Both the position numbers and the translations under genes were made by a program. Under the pieces are notes generated by a model that searched no databases, was not told where the DNA came from, and worked only from the letters and a program-made list of their open reading frames with translations. Positions 11,101 through 22,400 of a stretch of DNA of 64,000 bases are shown here, one piece after another. This stretch comes from Amoebophrya sp. A120 (lineage: Eukaryota; Protista; Dinoflagellata), in contig CAJINV010000005.1 in the NCBI GenBank assembly GCA_905178155.1, positions 5,225,038 through 5,289,037 of the forward strand. Reading direction: 5' to 3'. The first letter of the stretch is position 1. The number at the start of each line of letters is the position of its first letter.

Positions 11101-12241
11101 GCACGCTGTTGAGCGCTGCCTTCTCCTTCGCGCCGAGGCCATGCCAATACGTCGGCAAGCCATAGGCCAGCACACTTTCCACGAAAAGCTGGCAGAACAT
11201 CCTCACGGACTTGGTTCCTGCGTGCATGGATCTGCTGAGGATCCGCACGGCAGCCATTCGCTTGGTGGTTGTTTCGCTGATCACCTGGTAGTGCTTGCTG
11301 AAGGTAAGCCGCCGGCCGAACCACACTCCCAGGAACCTGGGGCAGGCCTCGTAGGCCAGTGGTTCGCCGGAGCCTGTGAGGCGCAACTCGTCGAGTTCGC
11401 GCGCAAACTCCGTCTGGAAGACCGTATGCGCGCACTTCCCGGGGGAGAGCTCCACATTGCTCGCCTTGCAGAAGTCTGAGACGATGTCCAGCGCGTACTG
11501 GAGCTGTGCCTGTGCTTCGCTCTTCGTGTTCTCTTCGTACTCGCAGGTCAGCGCGAGGTCGTCCACGTACGCCAGCGCCTGCACCTTCGGGCACCGCTCT
11601 GCCAGTTCCTGGAGTAGCATGTCTACAAAACTACACCAGACGAACGGCCCCAGGCACGTGCCCTGGGGCTCCCCTTGCCGGAGTGGCACCGCTTGCGACA
11701 CTTCTTCGTTGAACCGCACGACCCTCGAACGCCCGGTGACAAAGGAGCGGACCCACCGCGTGAGCAGCAGAGACTCCTGTTTTCTCGCTGCGTTTTTGAA
11801 CTCGGCGCTCCTGCGTAGCAGCCCATTGAGGAGCAGCGGGATCGGCACCCTTTCGAGTGCAGAGCTCAGGTCCAGGAAGCACGCTGCGCGCCTCTTGCCC
11901 TTCCGCAGCGAGTCCGCGGCCGCCGCCGCTGGCGTCGCCGTGTGGTCGGTCGCGCTCCTCCCCGGGGTGTCCCCATACTGGTTTCGTGCGTACAGGGATA
12001 GGCCCTCGGCCTGGGACACTGCTCGCAGCCTCCGGAGCGCCGCGCGCTCCCACACTTTTGCTAGGCAGGGCGTTAGTGCTACCGGCCTTAGCGACTTGGG
12101 TAAGTCCCCGGGGCGGCCGGGTTTTGGCACCGGCACGCAAACTTCCAGGCGCAACGCTTCGGGCGTGACGCCTTCCGTGATGCCCTGTGAAAACGTGTCC
12201 CGTAAGAGCTTCTTCCCGTCCTGTGTGAAGTTCTTCAACAT
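11090..12241 (-). pseudogene. LINE reverse transcriptase domain
   Basis: RPVALTPCLAKVWER, QYG..PGRS, FLDLSSALERV, GEPQGTCLGP, YVDDL, RFLGVWF. Confidence 0.9.
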
Positions 12242-13966
12242 CGCGCCCAGGATGTCGTCCGGCCCCGCCCCCCCCCTTTGGTTTTTGTCCCCGTAGAGCG
12301 AACTCTACGTCGTCTAGGTCCAGCCGCATCGCCTTGCCCGGTGAGAGCTCTGCCGCGAGGGTGCTGCTGTACGTTGCCCACGCCCCTTGCTCTGATGCTG
12401 GGTCGAGAGCTGGGTGAGAGCCGTAGAAGTGCGCGAGTACACACGCGAGCTTCTTAAACGCGTAGCCCCCCGCGTAGCGCAGCGCGCCGGTGTGCTGTTT
12501 CGGTGGGGGCCGCCCCTCCAGCTCGCGCAAGAGCTTGAAGGCGCCGCCTGTACTCTGTTCCTTCTGCTTCCGCGAGTTTGTCCGCGGAGCGCTCGTCCTG
12601 CCGGCTGTACTCCGCCTGCGCGACCCTCTTTGTGGCTTGCCGTAGCGCGGTGCGCCACAGCAGCTTCTGTCCCGGCGGGCAGAGTGCTAGCCTGCGCATG
12701 CACTCACCTCGCTCTCTCAAGGCGAGGTCTAGCTCCGTGCCGACGCCGGGCGCCGACCCCCTTGGGCGCTTGTGTCTTTTCCGCGCGATGTTTGTGCGCG
12801 GAATGCTTCTGCGTGTTGCTTCGAAGATCGCGGTCCTCAAGTACTCCGCCTTCCCCTCGACGGTTGCTTGCTGGGGGTGCGTTTTGTGCTAGGAAGCGCC
12901 CGAGGTCTTCCCGGTATAACGTGCAGTCCGCCCGCTTCAGGTTCAGTCGTGTGTGCCTTTGCGTGACCGGTGCGGGGTCGCGCCACAGCGCGGGGTCCCA
13001 GGGTAGTCGCGTCGGGTCTTCCGGTAGGGGCGCCCCCTCTTGTGCGGCGCCGGTGCTGTTCGCCTCTCGCGCGACCTCCGCCTTCGTCCCCTTCTCTGTG
13101 CTGGTGCTCTCCACGGCCCCCGGAAGGCCTGTGTCCTGTGTTGCTGTTGCGCACAGTGCCGCTACTGCGCCGGACGCTAGACACAGCACCGCCCCTAGGC
13201 CGGGTAGCGAGCGGAGTCGGTCTTGCTTTGCTGGCGGCGTCGTTGTCCCCTCGGCGGCGGCGCGTGCTTGCCTGTGTTTGGCCGCGCGCAGCTCCCGGAT
13301 CCGCTGGAGCTTTTCTTTTCGCAGCGCCCTTTTCTGACTGCCTGTCAGCTTCACCCCGCCTTCGGGGGTCTCTTTCGGTGCTTTTGGGTCGTCCTTTGTC
13401 CCCGCTGCTTTTGTCGCGTTTCCGTCCTTTTTTGCCGCCCTTTCTTCGTGCTCCTTTACCGCCGCTACGGAGGTCTTGCCCTTTGCTTGGTGCTCTTTTG
13501 TCGCCGGGCGGATCAGGTCGAACACCAGTGCTGCGTGGTCCCCCCCTATGAGGACAACACTGGGTCCGGTCGGGTCGACCTCGGACGCCGCGGTGTGCAG
13601 GCCTGCTGAGAGCAGGACTACATCTGGCGACGTTTGGGAACACGGCCGCGTTGCCGCCGCCGCGGTGTAGAACTCCAACGCCTCCGCCCTTGCCCAGTGC
13701 TGCACTGCACTGGTTCTTGGCTCCTGGGTGTGGTTCGCATCCCAGGAGATTGTTACTTCTACGTTCGCCGGGGCCTCTATTTGTCTTTTACTTCATCTAC
13801 TAAGTCGCGAAGAGTGCTGACGACTTTGAGTTCTGTTTCTTGTCGTCGCATTTTGCAACTTACATTTTTGCTCCTGCCAATAGCTGTAGTACGAGGGTTG
13901 CGCACCAGGCACAGAGACGTGCAGCAGAGTGGCAACAAAACTTGGCGCCTTTGTCTTAGCCATCTA

Positions 13967-14303
13967 CTGTCTTCAGTTGAAGTCAGTTCTCAGTATTTAC
14001 AAGTACAAACTTGCAAGCAAATTTCCGCATTAGCACCTATCTTCACACATCATTTTCACAATATTCCTCGTATGTTCTCAACCAAAATCTTCACAGCTTT
14101 TTAAAAGCTGTGAAGATTTTTTAAAAGCTGTAAAATGTGCATGGAAGTTGTAAAATTGTACCCTTAAAGGGTACAATTTTACAATTTCCATGCACATTTA
14201 CCATCCTTTTACGCATTACAAATTCAAAATTTCAATGTAAAACCATCTCTCAATTTTGTCAAAATCTGAAATCTGTCTTCAGTTGAAGTCAGTTCTCAGT
14301 ATT
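13967..14303. repeat. 31-bp direct repeats enclosing two long hairpins
   Basis: CTGTCTTCAGTTGAAGTCAGTTCTCAGTATT at 13967 and 14273; palindromes 14084-14120 (18-bp arms) and 14133-14199 (33-bp arms, 1 mismatch). Confidence 0.9.
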
Positions 14304-14557
14304 ATTGCCTCTGAAACAGGTTCTTTTTCTTTATAGCTGCATTTGATAGAGCAGGCCATTTCGTTTGGAGGAGGTTCGCACTTCTATAGATTCCTGGTAC
14401 GGGGAGAGGTATAATGTGCGCACCAGAATAATAATGAATATGCTTGCTACTATCCAAGATAAACATAAAGCTCAACTGTATCACTCTACTCAAACATGTG
14501 CAGACTCACCAACGCAGCAAATTATTCGGTCAGCATAACAAACAAGAAGTACTTAAG

Positions 14558-14871
14558 TATGGGAGTGTCAGGATTGATGAAATCGACAAATTTGAGATAA
14601 ACTTGTAATGCATAAAATCGATACTAGTTGGGAGCCCAGTTGTTTTCAAGCGGCGCATGACAAAGCCTGGCACCGACTAAATCCAGTCTGTCGTGCTGTT
14701 TAGGGACAGAAGGCGTGGTCTTTTGTCATGCTACTCTAGCAGCTCTATCGCAGACCCCAAACAGGCTGACAGTCGGCCTCACTTGCCGTCCCTGCCAGAG
14801 GCTTCATGCCTTGCAATTTATGCATGACAAATTATTTCAACTTTGTCGATTTCGGTCCTAACGCTTCCATA
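14558..14871. mobile_element. Introner family E
   Basis: DR degenerate TTAAG/GTAAA. Confidence 0.8.
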
Positions 14872-14925
14872 GTAAACTTGTGACGCGTGGCCACACGCAG
14901 CGGATGTTGTCAAGTGGACGCCGTC

Positions 14926-15070
14926 TATGCATTGCAAAAATATCGTGCTCGTATAAATGCATTACAAATCCCCTTAGCATGAGAAAAAAATTTTGTAATG
15001 CGGATTTGACTTGACAAGAAAATTTGTAATGCATGACTGCAATACGAGTGCGATGCTTTTGCACAGGATT
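14926..15070. mobile_element. Introner family A
   Basis: DR CCGTC/CCGGC; right end ATT. Confidence 0.85.
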
Positions 15071-15451
15071 CCGGCGCTTCCTCCTGGATGTCGTTTTCAA
15101 GCACGATTAAAAAACACAAAGTAGCCACTCAAGGAATGTCCGCATTACAAGTTGAGGAGTCCGGGACAATTTTTTGTCGCGAAGATGATATGCATGGCAC
15201 ACCTTGCTAAGCGTAGTCAACAGGCCCCATCGATAGCGATACGTCGTTGCGCTAATGATAGTGTTTCTGATCATAGTGCTGCTGGATGCTAGTTTTCTGT
15301 TCTGGCACTATTTTTAGTTACCAAATCTGAGACGGAGCCGTACTAATATCTTCTGCGTTTGATATGTAACAAGAACTGCAGCTGCGTTTTGGTTTTATTG
15401 GCCACGAGAAGGTAGAAGACGGGGCGGTGGAGTTGTGAAATGAAAAAAATA

Positions 15452-15540
15452 GGGCCAAATATTGCTGAGGCCGCGAACTACTGGCCAAATTTTGCTCCTG
15501 AGGCCGCGAACTACTGGCCAAATTTTGCTGAGGCTGCGAA
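15452..15540. repeat. Minisatellite, about 30-bp unit x3
   Basis: GGCCAAATTTTGCTGAGGCCGCGAACTACT-like units. Confidence 0.85.
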
Positions 15541-16410
15541 AAATATCATATACCTACGTGAGGACGGCCTACCAGAAAAGCAAGGGCTTTATTCCCTTTC
15601 TTTTCCACAGGCAAGGACGCAACAAGAAGTCCGTTTGCTGTCGCGGCGCGAGGTTTTAAGTGTCAACATGCACTTCATCTATCAGCATCGTTTAAAGATC
15701 TTTCGACTACGGCAAAAAGCGTCACCAAATGATCATTGCGGAAGTTTAAGTAATCCATTATCTCGGACTAGCAGTCGGTCGTTGTCGTTGGTGCAAGCGA
15801 GCGTGTACATCATCGGTTCTTTTATATGCAGATTCAGCACACTGCTTTTCGTTGTTTCCAGATCGGTTTTGTAGTTGCCCATAGTACTGACACTGAGTAT
15901 AATTGTCGGTCGAGTTTGTATTTCTTCGATCACGTGGAAGTTTCTGTCGGTGGACCACAGCAGTACTTCTACGCACACCTTTATTGTGCGAAGATTCGGT
16001 CTCTGGAGCAAGAAGAACTGGTTATTTTACGATTCGATCGGACATGAAGATTCATCATAGAAGATTCGGTTTGTGGAAGATATCGTGTGGAAGATGGTAC
16101 TAGCTTCTCTCCGACATGTAGTTGCGTGAAGATGTTGAGCCGTTCTGAAGATAACGAAAAGTACACCAAGAACAACGAAAAATGATCCCAATTACAGGCA
16201 CGTCATTATGTATCCACCATGATATTTTTACCAATTTCCACCGCGCTCTATTCATCGTATATTAAATTCAACATCTTCTTCTTCTACATGTAGTTCTTGA
16301 CCAACTACTACTAATATGCTTTCATTCAGTTGTGCAACCAAAAATCAAAGTTTCTTTCTCGAATAACAAAGTAGAAACAGCATCCGTCGTGAGCTGCAGC
16401 AACAACCAAA

Positions 16411-19400
16411 ATGAGGCTCCTGTCCTCGAGAACTTGTACATCAAAAAGCCGCTCAACAACCAGTACATGTACAAGTACAACCCGTTCCATTCTCATACGG
16501 CGTTCTCAACTGTTACATTCTCAACTGTTACACGAATTTGCGATGCAAGAATGGCAACAGGGAAAGGCCGGATCTTGCAACTCTTGCATTACAAATTCGG
16601 CACAGATTCCCATGCTGTTTAGCCCTTCCAAAATTTGTCATGTGAGGCAGCTTCACTGTGTGGACGTTGATGCTCATTTTGCATGACAAATCCATGGAAC
16701 AGTTGAGAGTGTAACAGTTGAGAGCGCCATATCTCACTGCGGCGGCGGCCGCTGCAGGAGTCGCTTTGTTTCTCCAACAGGAACATCAATCAGCTCCAGC
16801 TGCTGGCTATCGAGTGCAAAAATGTCTGGGTCTGGAAGAATGCGCGATCTGTCATGCTGCTTTTCCATGACAGACCCATGAGGTCTGGAATGCAGGGCCT
16901 AGCATGACAGATTCTGCGGGACCTGTCTCATGCCTATCCTGCATGAGAAACTCCCTCCCGACTTGGTCAAAACTGGACGACTTTTGGTAATCATGCAACA
17001 CAGATTTTTGCATGCTGCAGATTTAGCATGACAAGTTCCAATCTTCCAGGCCCAGACATTTTTACATTTGATACTGGCCGTCGACCATGGTTCCTCCTCG
17101 TCGCTCACGGACTTGTCCAAGAAAGAGAAATCGCTGCAGTTCTTGTTGAGCATCAAGAAGAAGACAGTGATGATTTGGATCCAGACGAGAGCGCACTGCA
17201 AATCTATCCTACGGAAAAACGGTCCCACACCCTAGTCAAGATGGGAAATCTGCAACACAATTCTCCACGTTTTGGGAGTTCTGCATGACAAGTTTCCATC
17301 TGCAGTATAAAACTGGTTAGCAAGGAAAGCCGCATGAGAAAGCCATTTACTCATGCTGTTTACAGCATAATACAAATTCCAAAACACGACTGGAAATGCC
17401 TCTCAAGGAGATGCGCATCACAAATGTTCCTGTGATTGCGCATTTGCATGACAACTCTGGGGTGTCGTGGGCCCTGTTTTTACCAAGGATGAAATCCAGA
17501 CTTGGATCAACCATCTGGTGGAAGAACAGGAAAAACAGGGAAGATCATGGGAAGGAAATATCAACTGCAAAAGTCTCTGGGTCTGAGAGAATGCAAGGTT
17601 TGTCATGCAGGTTTTCCAGGACCCATGAGGTCTGGCATGTAGGACAGAGCATGACAGAATCTGTGAGAGTTCTATCATGCCTATCCTGCATGAGAAACTG
17701 CCTCTCGATTAGGTCAAAAGTGGACAGCTTTTGGCAATCATGCAACACAGATTTATTTCATATGATTCTGATTCAGATTTAGCATGACAATTTGCTTTGG
17801 TCCAGACCGCCCAGACATTTTTGTATTTGATAGGACAACGACCACAGCAAACCTTTCTTCCAGCGGACCACGAGAGCAGCCACTACACCAGTGCTGAAAG
17901 TGCCGACATCAAGAACGAGGGCGAAGCCCTATCAACAAGAAGAATCGAGGAAGAACAAGACGAAACTTCGGACCTCCACGCGCTCGATCAGGAGCAGATC
18001 TTGAGCCCCAATTTTTACCATTATGCCAAGCTACACCAAAATGATCATGATGATGATGTTGGTGAACAAACTGGTGCAGCGGCGATGGATCTGGATCTGG
18101 ATGCCACCAGCAGCCATGAAAATGCAATAAAGTTCCTCCAGGTCTCAACAAAAACTGCGACGCAGCAGCATCAGCGAGAACAAGAGCTACTACAGCAGCG
18201 GAAGCTGTTCGTGGCGAGGACGAAGAACTCTTTGAGCCACTATCAAATGCGAAAGTGTCTGGGTCTGGAAGAGTGGAAGTTTGTCATGCTTGTCTGGCAT
18301 GACTCGATAATCTGCGTTGCCTAGGCACGAAAAGGCCCTCTTCCCTGTCATGCAAAATCAAAAACGCAGTTTGCCATGCGGAATACGTAAGACATGGCAG
18401 CCAAAAAATTTGTCATGCGTAAGCTGCTTATTGCAGTCCGCCTATCATTCACTTTTTAGCATTACAAGTTTCCAGACATCCAGGGATATTTGCAAAGCAT
18501 AGCCACCAGGAGGGAACAACAACCGGAATACATCATCATCAAGAACACGACAAGACCTCCAGTCGTGCTGCTGGTACTAGTTCAACATTTGCGTGGACCC
18601 GGTGGGTGTTTTCCTACCGCAACCAGCTCGCCGGGCTCGTGACCGGGAAAGACAGCTTATGAACTGCAAAAGTATCGTACTCGTATAAATGCATTACAAA
18701 TTTCCTCAGCATGAGAAAGAAAATTTGTAATGCGGATTGACCTTGAGAAAAGGATTTGTAATTCATGACTGCAAGAAAGTGAGTGCGATACTTTTGCACA
18801 GGATGCAGCTACGCGAAAGAGGCGTTTCAAAACTATGGAACTCTCAAATCGGTTTACCTTCTCAACTGTTACATGATTATGATTCGTCCTGCACAATGCA
18901 CATCACACATCAGCATCCATACGATGAAGCTACTTCGCATGACAATTTTTTGAAGGGGTAAAGAACAGCACTAAAATCTGTGCCAAATTTGTAATGCGAT
19001 AGGTGCAACAAGCTCCCTTCTTTTGCTTTTCCTATTCTTGCATCACAAATTCATTGATAACAGTTGAGGAGGGACTAACCGATTTGAGAACGCCATAAAA
19101 ACTTTGCGCGGTTCAAGCAGCGGGATGTGAGAATATCAAGTGCAAAAATGTCTGGGTCTGAAAGGTTGGCACTTGTGATGCTGTCTCTGGATTCTAAAAA
19201 AATTTGGATTGCATGACCAGCAACAGAACTCCCGTTTGTGCTACCCGGAGAGGGCATTTTTCATGCGGTAGAGGCATCACAAAGGCCTCTAAAAATCTGT
19301 CATGCTAGAGCATGCATCACAGACATCACGAGTCTTTCAAAATATGCATGACAAACCTGGCAAGCTTCCAGACATTTTTACACTTGATAGAGAAAAGTGG

Positions 19401-22400
19401 AAAACAAACACAACGACGAGCTACTTACTATTTTGAAGACAACCTCTATGGAGAGAAAAAAGTTTGTCACAGTCACTAAGTTGCAGGTTTTGCATTACAA
19501 ATTTTCTTAGCATCACAAATTTTCCTTGTATTGCAGAAACACTAGGGAAATCCCTAACAATAACAAAGTTGGTTGTGATGCATTTTTACGCATGACAAAC
19601 AGTTTTGTATTGCAAAAATGCGCATGAGTGATCGTGACGAACTTTTTTTGTTTGATAACCTCCACAGCACCCTCGCCCAAGGAGGACGACGAGGATCTGC
19701 ATTTGACGTTTCGGCAAGATTATCAACTGCAAGTATGTCTGGGTCCTCTGGAAGGATGCGAACTTGTGATGCGCATTTCACAACACAGACAAATCTCTCA
19801 TGCATAGGCAGCAAAAGGTACCCATTTATTCCTGTCACCTCCAAAATGAGAGATTTGTCATGCGGATTAAGCAAAAATGCGGAAGCTTCTAAAAATCTCT
19901 GATGCTAGGGCAGCTTCCATGACAGACACTTTGTGTCATGCAAAAACAGCATGAAAAAATCTGCATTCTTCAAGACCCAGAGGACATTTTTGCATTTGAT
20001 AAAGATGAAACGACGCGCGCGGCGGAGCAGGAGCAGCGGTTTTCATCATCATCGGTGTTTCAAGATGTAAAGCCCGGGCAGTTGGTTCTCGTGAAGCATG
20101 CTCACGCGGCGGGACTCAACACGTCGGGAGGAGCAGGAGCTCCTGGGGCTGCGGCGGGGACAACGACAACAAGCAAGAAGATGAGCAACAGCATGCTGAT
20201 GTCGTCCACAATATTGATGCCCGGCGTCTCATTGTACGAAGCAGGGGCGTCCCGCGGCACCACGGGGCCGAAAGAATTCTCGCACATGCCGACTCTTCGG
20301 AAACTCGTCGGCCCAGGGGAAGTAACTGCTGCTCCAAGAACAATTCAACACATGTACCGCACTGCAGCTGATGAAGGACAAACTTCTCACATCAATTGGG
20401 GCGAGGAGGTGGACCAGATTTTTGTGCTCCCGGAGAATGTCCAACAAGTGCGCATTTTTTTGCCCAAGCCAGACGCAAACTTGCTGCAGAAAATGGAGCA
20501 AGCCGAAAGCCGGCTGGCCAAAAATCCCTACTACCGGGGCGACAAGTTCCAGGGCATGATGCTGCTTCTTGACCTATCCTGAGGAAAAATGCCCCCGCAC
20601 CAGAGTCGAGTTGGGCATCTAGCAACACAAATCTCCAAGTTTTGGGAGTTGTGCATGACAAGTTTCCCTCTGCAGTGTAGTACTGGTTGACAACGGAAGC
20701 CGCATTAGAAAGCCACTTTCTCATCCTGTTTTTAGCATCACAAATTCCTAAACGCGATTGGTAATGCCTCTCATGGAGCTGCGCATTACAAATGTTCCTG
20801 TCATTGCGCATTTCCATGACAACTCTGGTGTGGGGGCGTTTTTACTCAGGATACGACCCGAAAGCGAGGACCTTCGCTCCGGACGTTGCACTCACGCGGG
20901 ACTTGCCGAGCAAGGTTCTCGAGGGGGTGGAAACGAAGACGCTGGCCGCTATGGAAGTGTCAGGATTGAAGTCGACAAAGTTGAAGTGATTTGTCATGCA
21001 TAAAATGGATGCCAGGCGGAACCCAGTTTCCAAGCGGCGCATGACAAATTTGGGCGGTGCCTAAACCCAGTTTGTAATGCTGTTTGGGTAAGGAGGACGC
21101 CTTTTGTCGTGCTACTTTAGCAGCTCTAATATTTCTACTCCCCAACAGGCTTACAATCTGCCTCCCTTGCCTACTCTGCAAGACAGGCACTTTGTGAGTT
21201 GCATTTTATGCATCACAAACTTTTTCAACTTTGACGATTTCAGTCCTGACGCTTCCATAGCCGCTTTGGAGCAGGAGAAATCGGAAAAGCTGGCCGCATT
21301 GGAAACCGAAATCGGCACGCTGCAAGCAGAACTGGATGCCGTGGTTCTTTCGCAGCCACAGGGTCGTGAAGAAGAAAAAATGGGAAATATCCTGAGTAAA
21401 AATGTCCCCACACCAGAGTTCTTGTCATGCAAATCTGCATGCCAAAAAAGTTTCTCATGCGGAGCGCCATAAGAACCATTTTCTCATCCTGTTTTGGAAT
21501 TTGTAATGCTAGAATCAGCATGATATGCTAGATCTGTGATGCTTCGGAACTAGCTAAACAGGATTACACTACGAGGATAAATTTGTCATGCGAAACCACC
21601 AGAGGTGGCGGATTTGTCTAGCGGATTCCCCATCTTGACTCTGGGGTGGGGGCGTTTCCGCTCAGGATAGGAAAAATGACGTCCATGTCCGCGCTGCTCA
21701 GGCTCGTGAAGCAACCAAAAAGCGTCGTGCTCCAAAAGTTATGAACTGCAAAAGTATCGTACTCGTATAAATGCATTACACATTTCCTCAGCATGAGAAA
21801 TGAAGTTTGTAATGCTGATTTGCCTTCAGAAAAAAATCGTTTAGACGCAATCGTTTAGATTCTGGCATGTTAACCAAAAAATTTGTAATGCAAGACTTGC
21901 ATTTATACGAATGCGATGCTTTTGCACAGGATAAAAGTGGAAGGAACGGCAGATCCGGCGTAGGAAGTTTGAGAAGAAGCAGGTCGATATGAAATGTAAA
22001 AATGTCTGGGGCTGGAACAAGGTTGGAACTTGTGATGCTAACTTTGGACTCTAGAAAAATCTGTATTGCATGACCAGCAAGAGGAGTCTAGTTCGTGTTA
22101 CGCGGCGAGGGCATTTGTCATGCGGAGTAGGCATCAGGAAGCTGCCCTCTAAAAATCTGTGATGCTAAGTCGCGCATCTTTACAGACATCCTGGGTCATG
22201 CAAAATATGCATGACAAACCCGGCATCAATATTCCAGACCCAGACACTTTTGCACTTGATAGTCGAAGCTGTTCACAGCGAAAAGGCCATGGCCGCCGCG
22301 GCGAGAAAAGTGCGGCACATGTTGGCGCAGCACTTTTGCACCACGTGGGCGTGCAAAACAAAATCAAAAGCTGGCGCATCCAGAACTACTCTGTCGTGGT

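Larger units (their letters stand above)
8866..13702 (-). mobile_element. 5'-truncated, frameshifted non-LTR retrotransposon (LINE; ingi/I-group-like: RT + RNase H + CCHC)
   Basis: 11-bp TSD CACTGCACTGG at 8855-8865 and 13703-13713; GC-rich; RT and RNase H motifs inside. Confidence 0.9.

Noticed and set aside
9500-13551. Long + strand ORFs over the LINE
   Set aside because: Antisense shadows of GC-rich retrotransposon coding sequence
15121-15133. GTAGCCACTCAAG (and CGTAGCCATT at about 31458) resembling dinoflagellate spliced-leader relics
   Set aside because: Matches are short, gapped and not positioned just upstream of a gene start; compatible with chance
16332-16622. Alternative first exon frame MQPKIKVSF
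   Set aside because: GTG start, and it does not join the downstream exon chain in frame; the ATG at 16411 does
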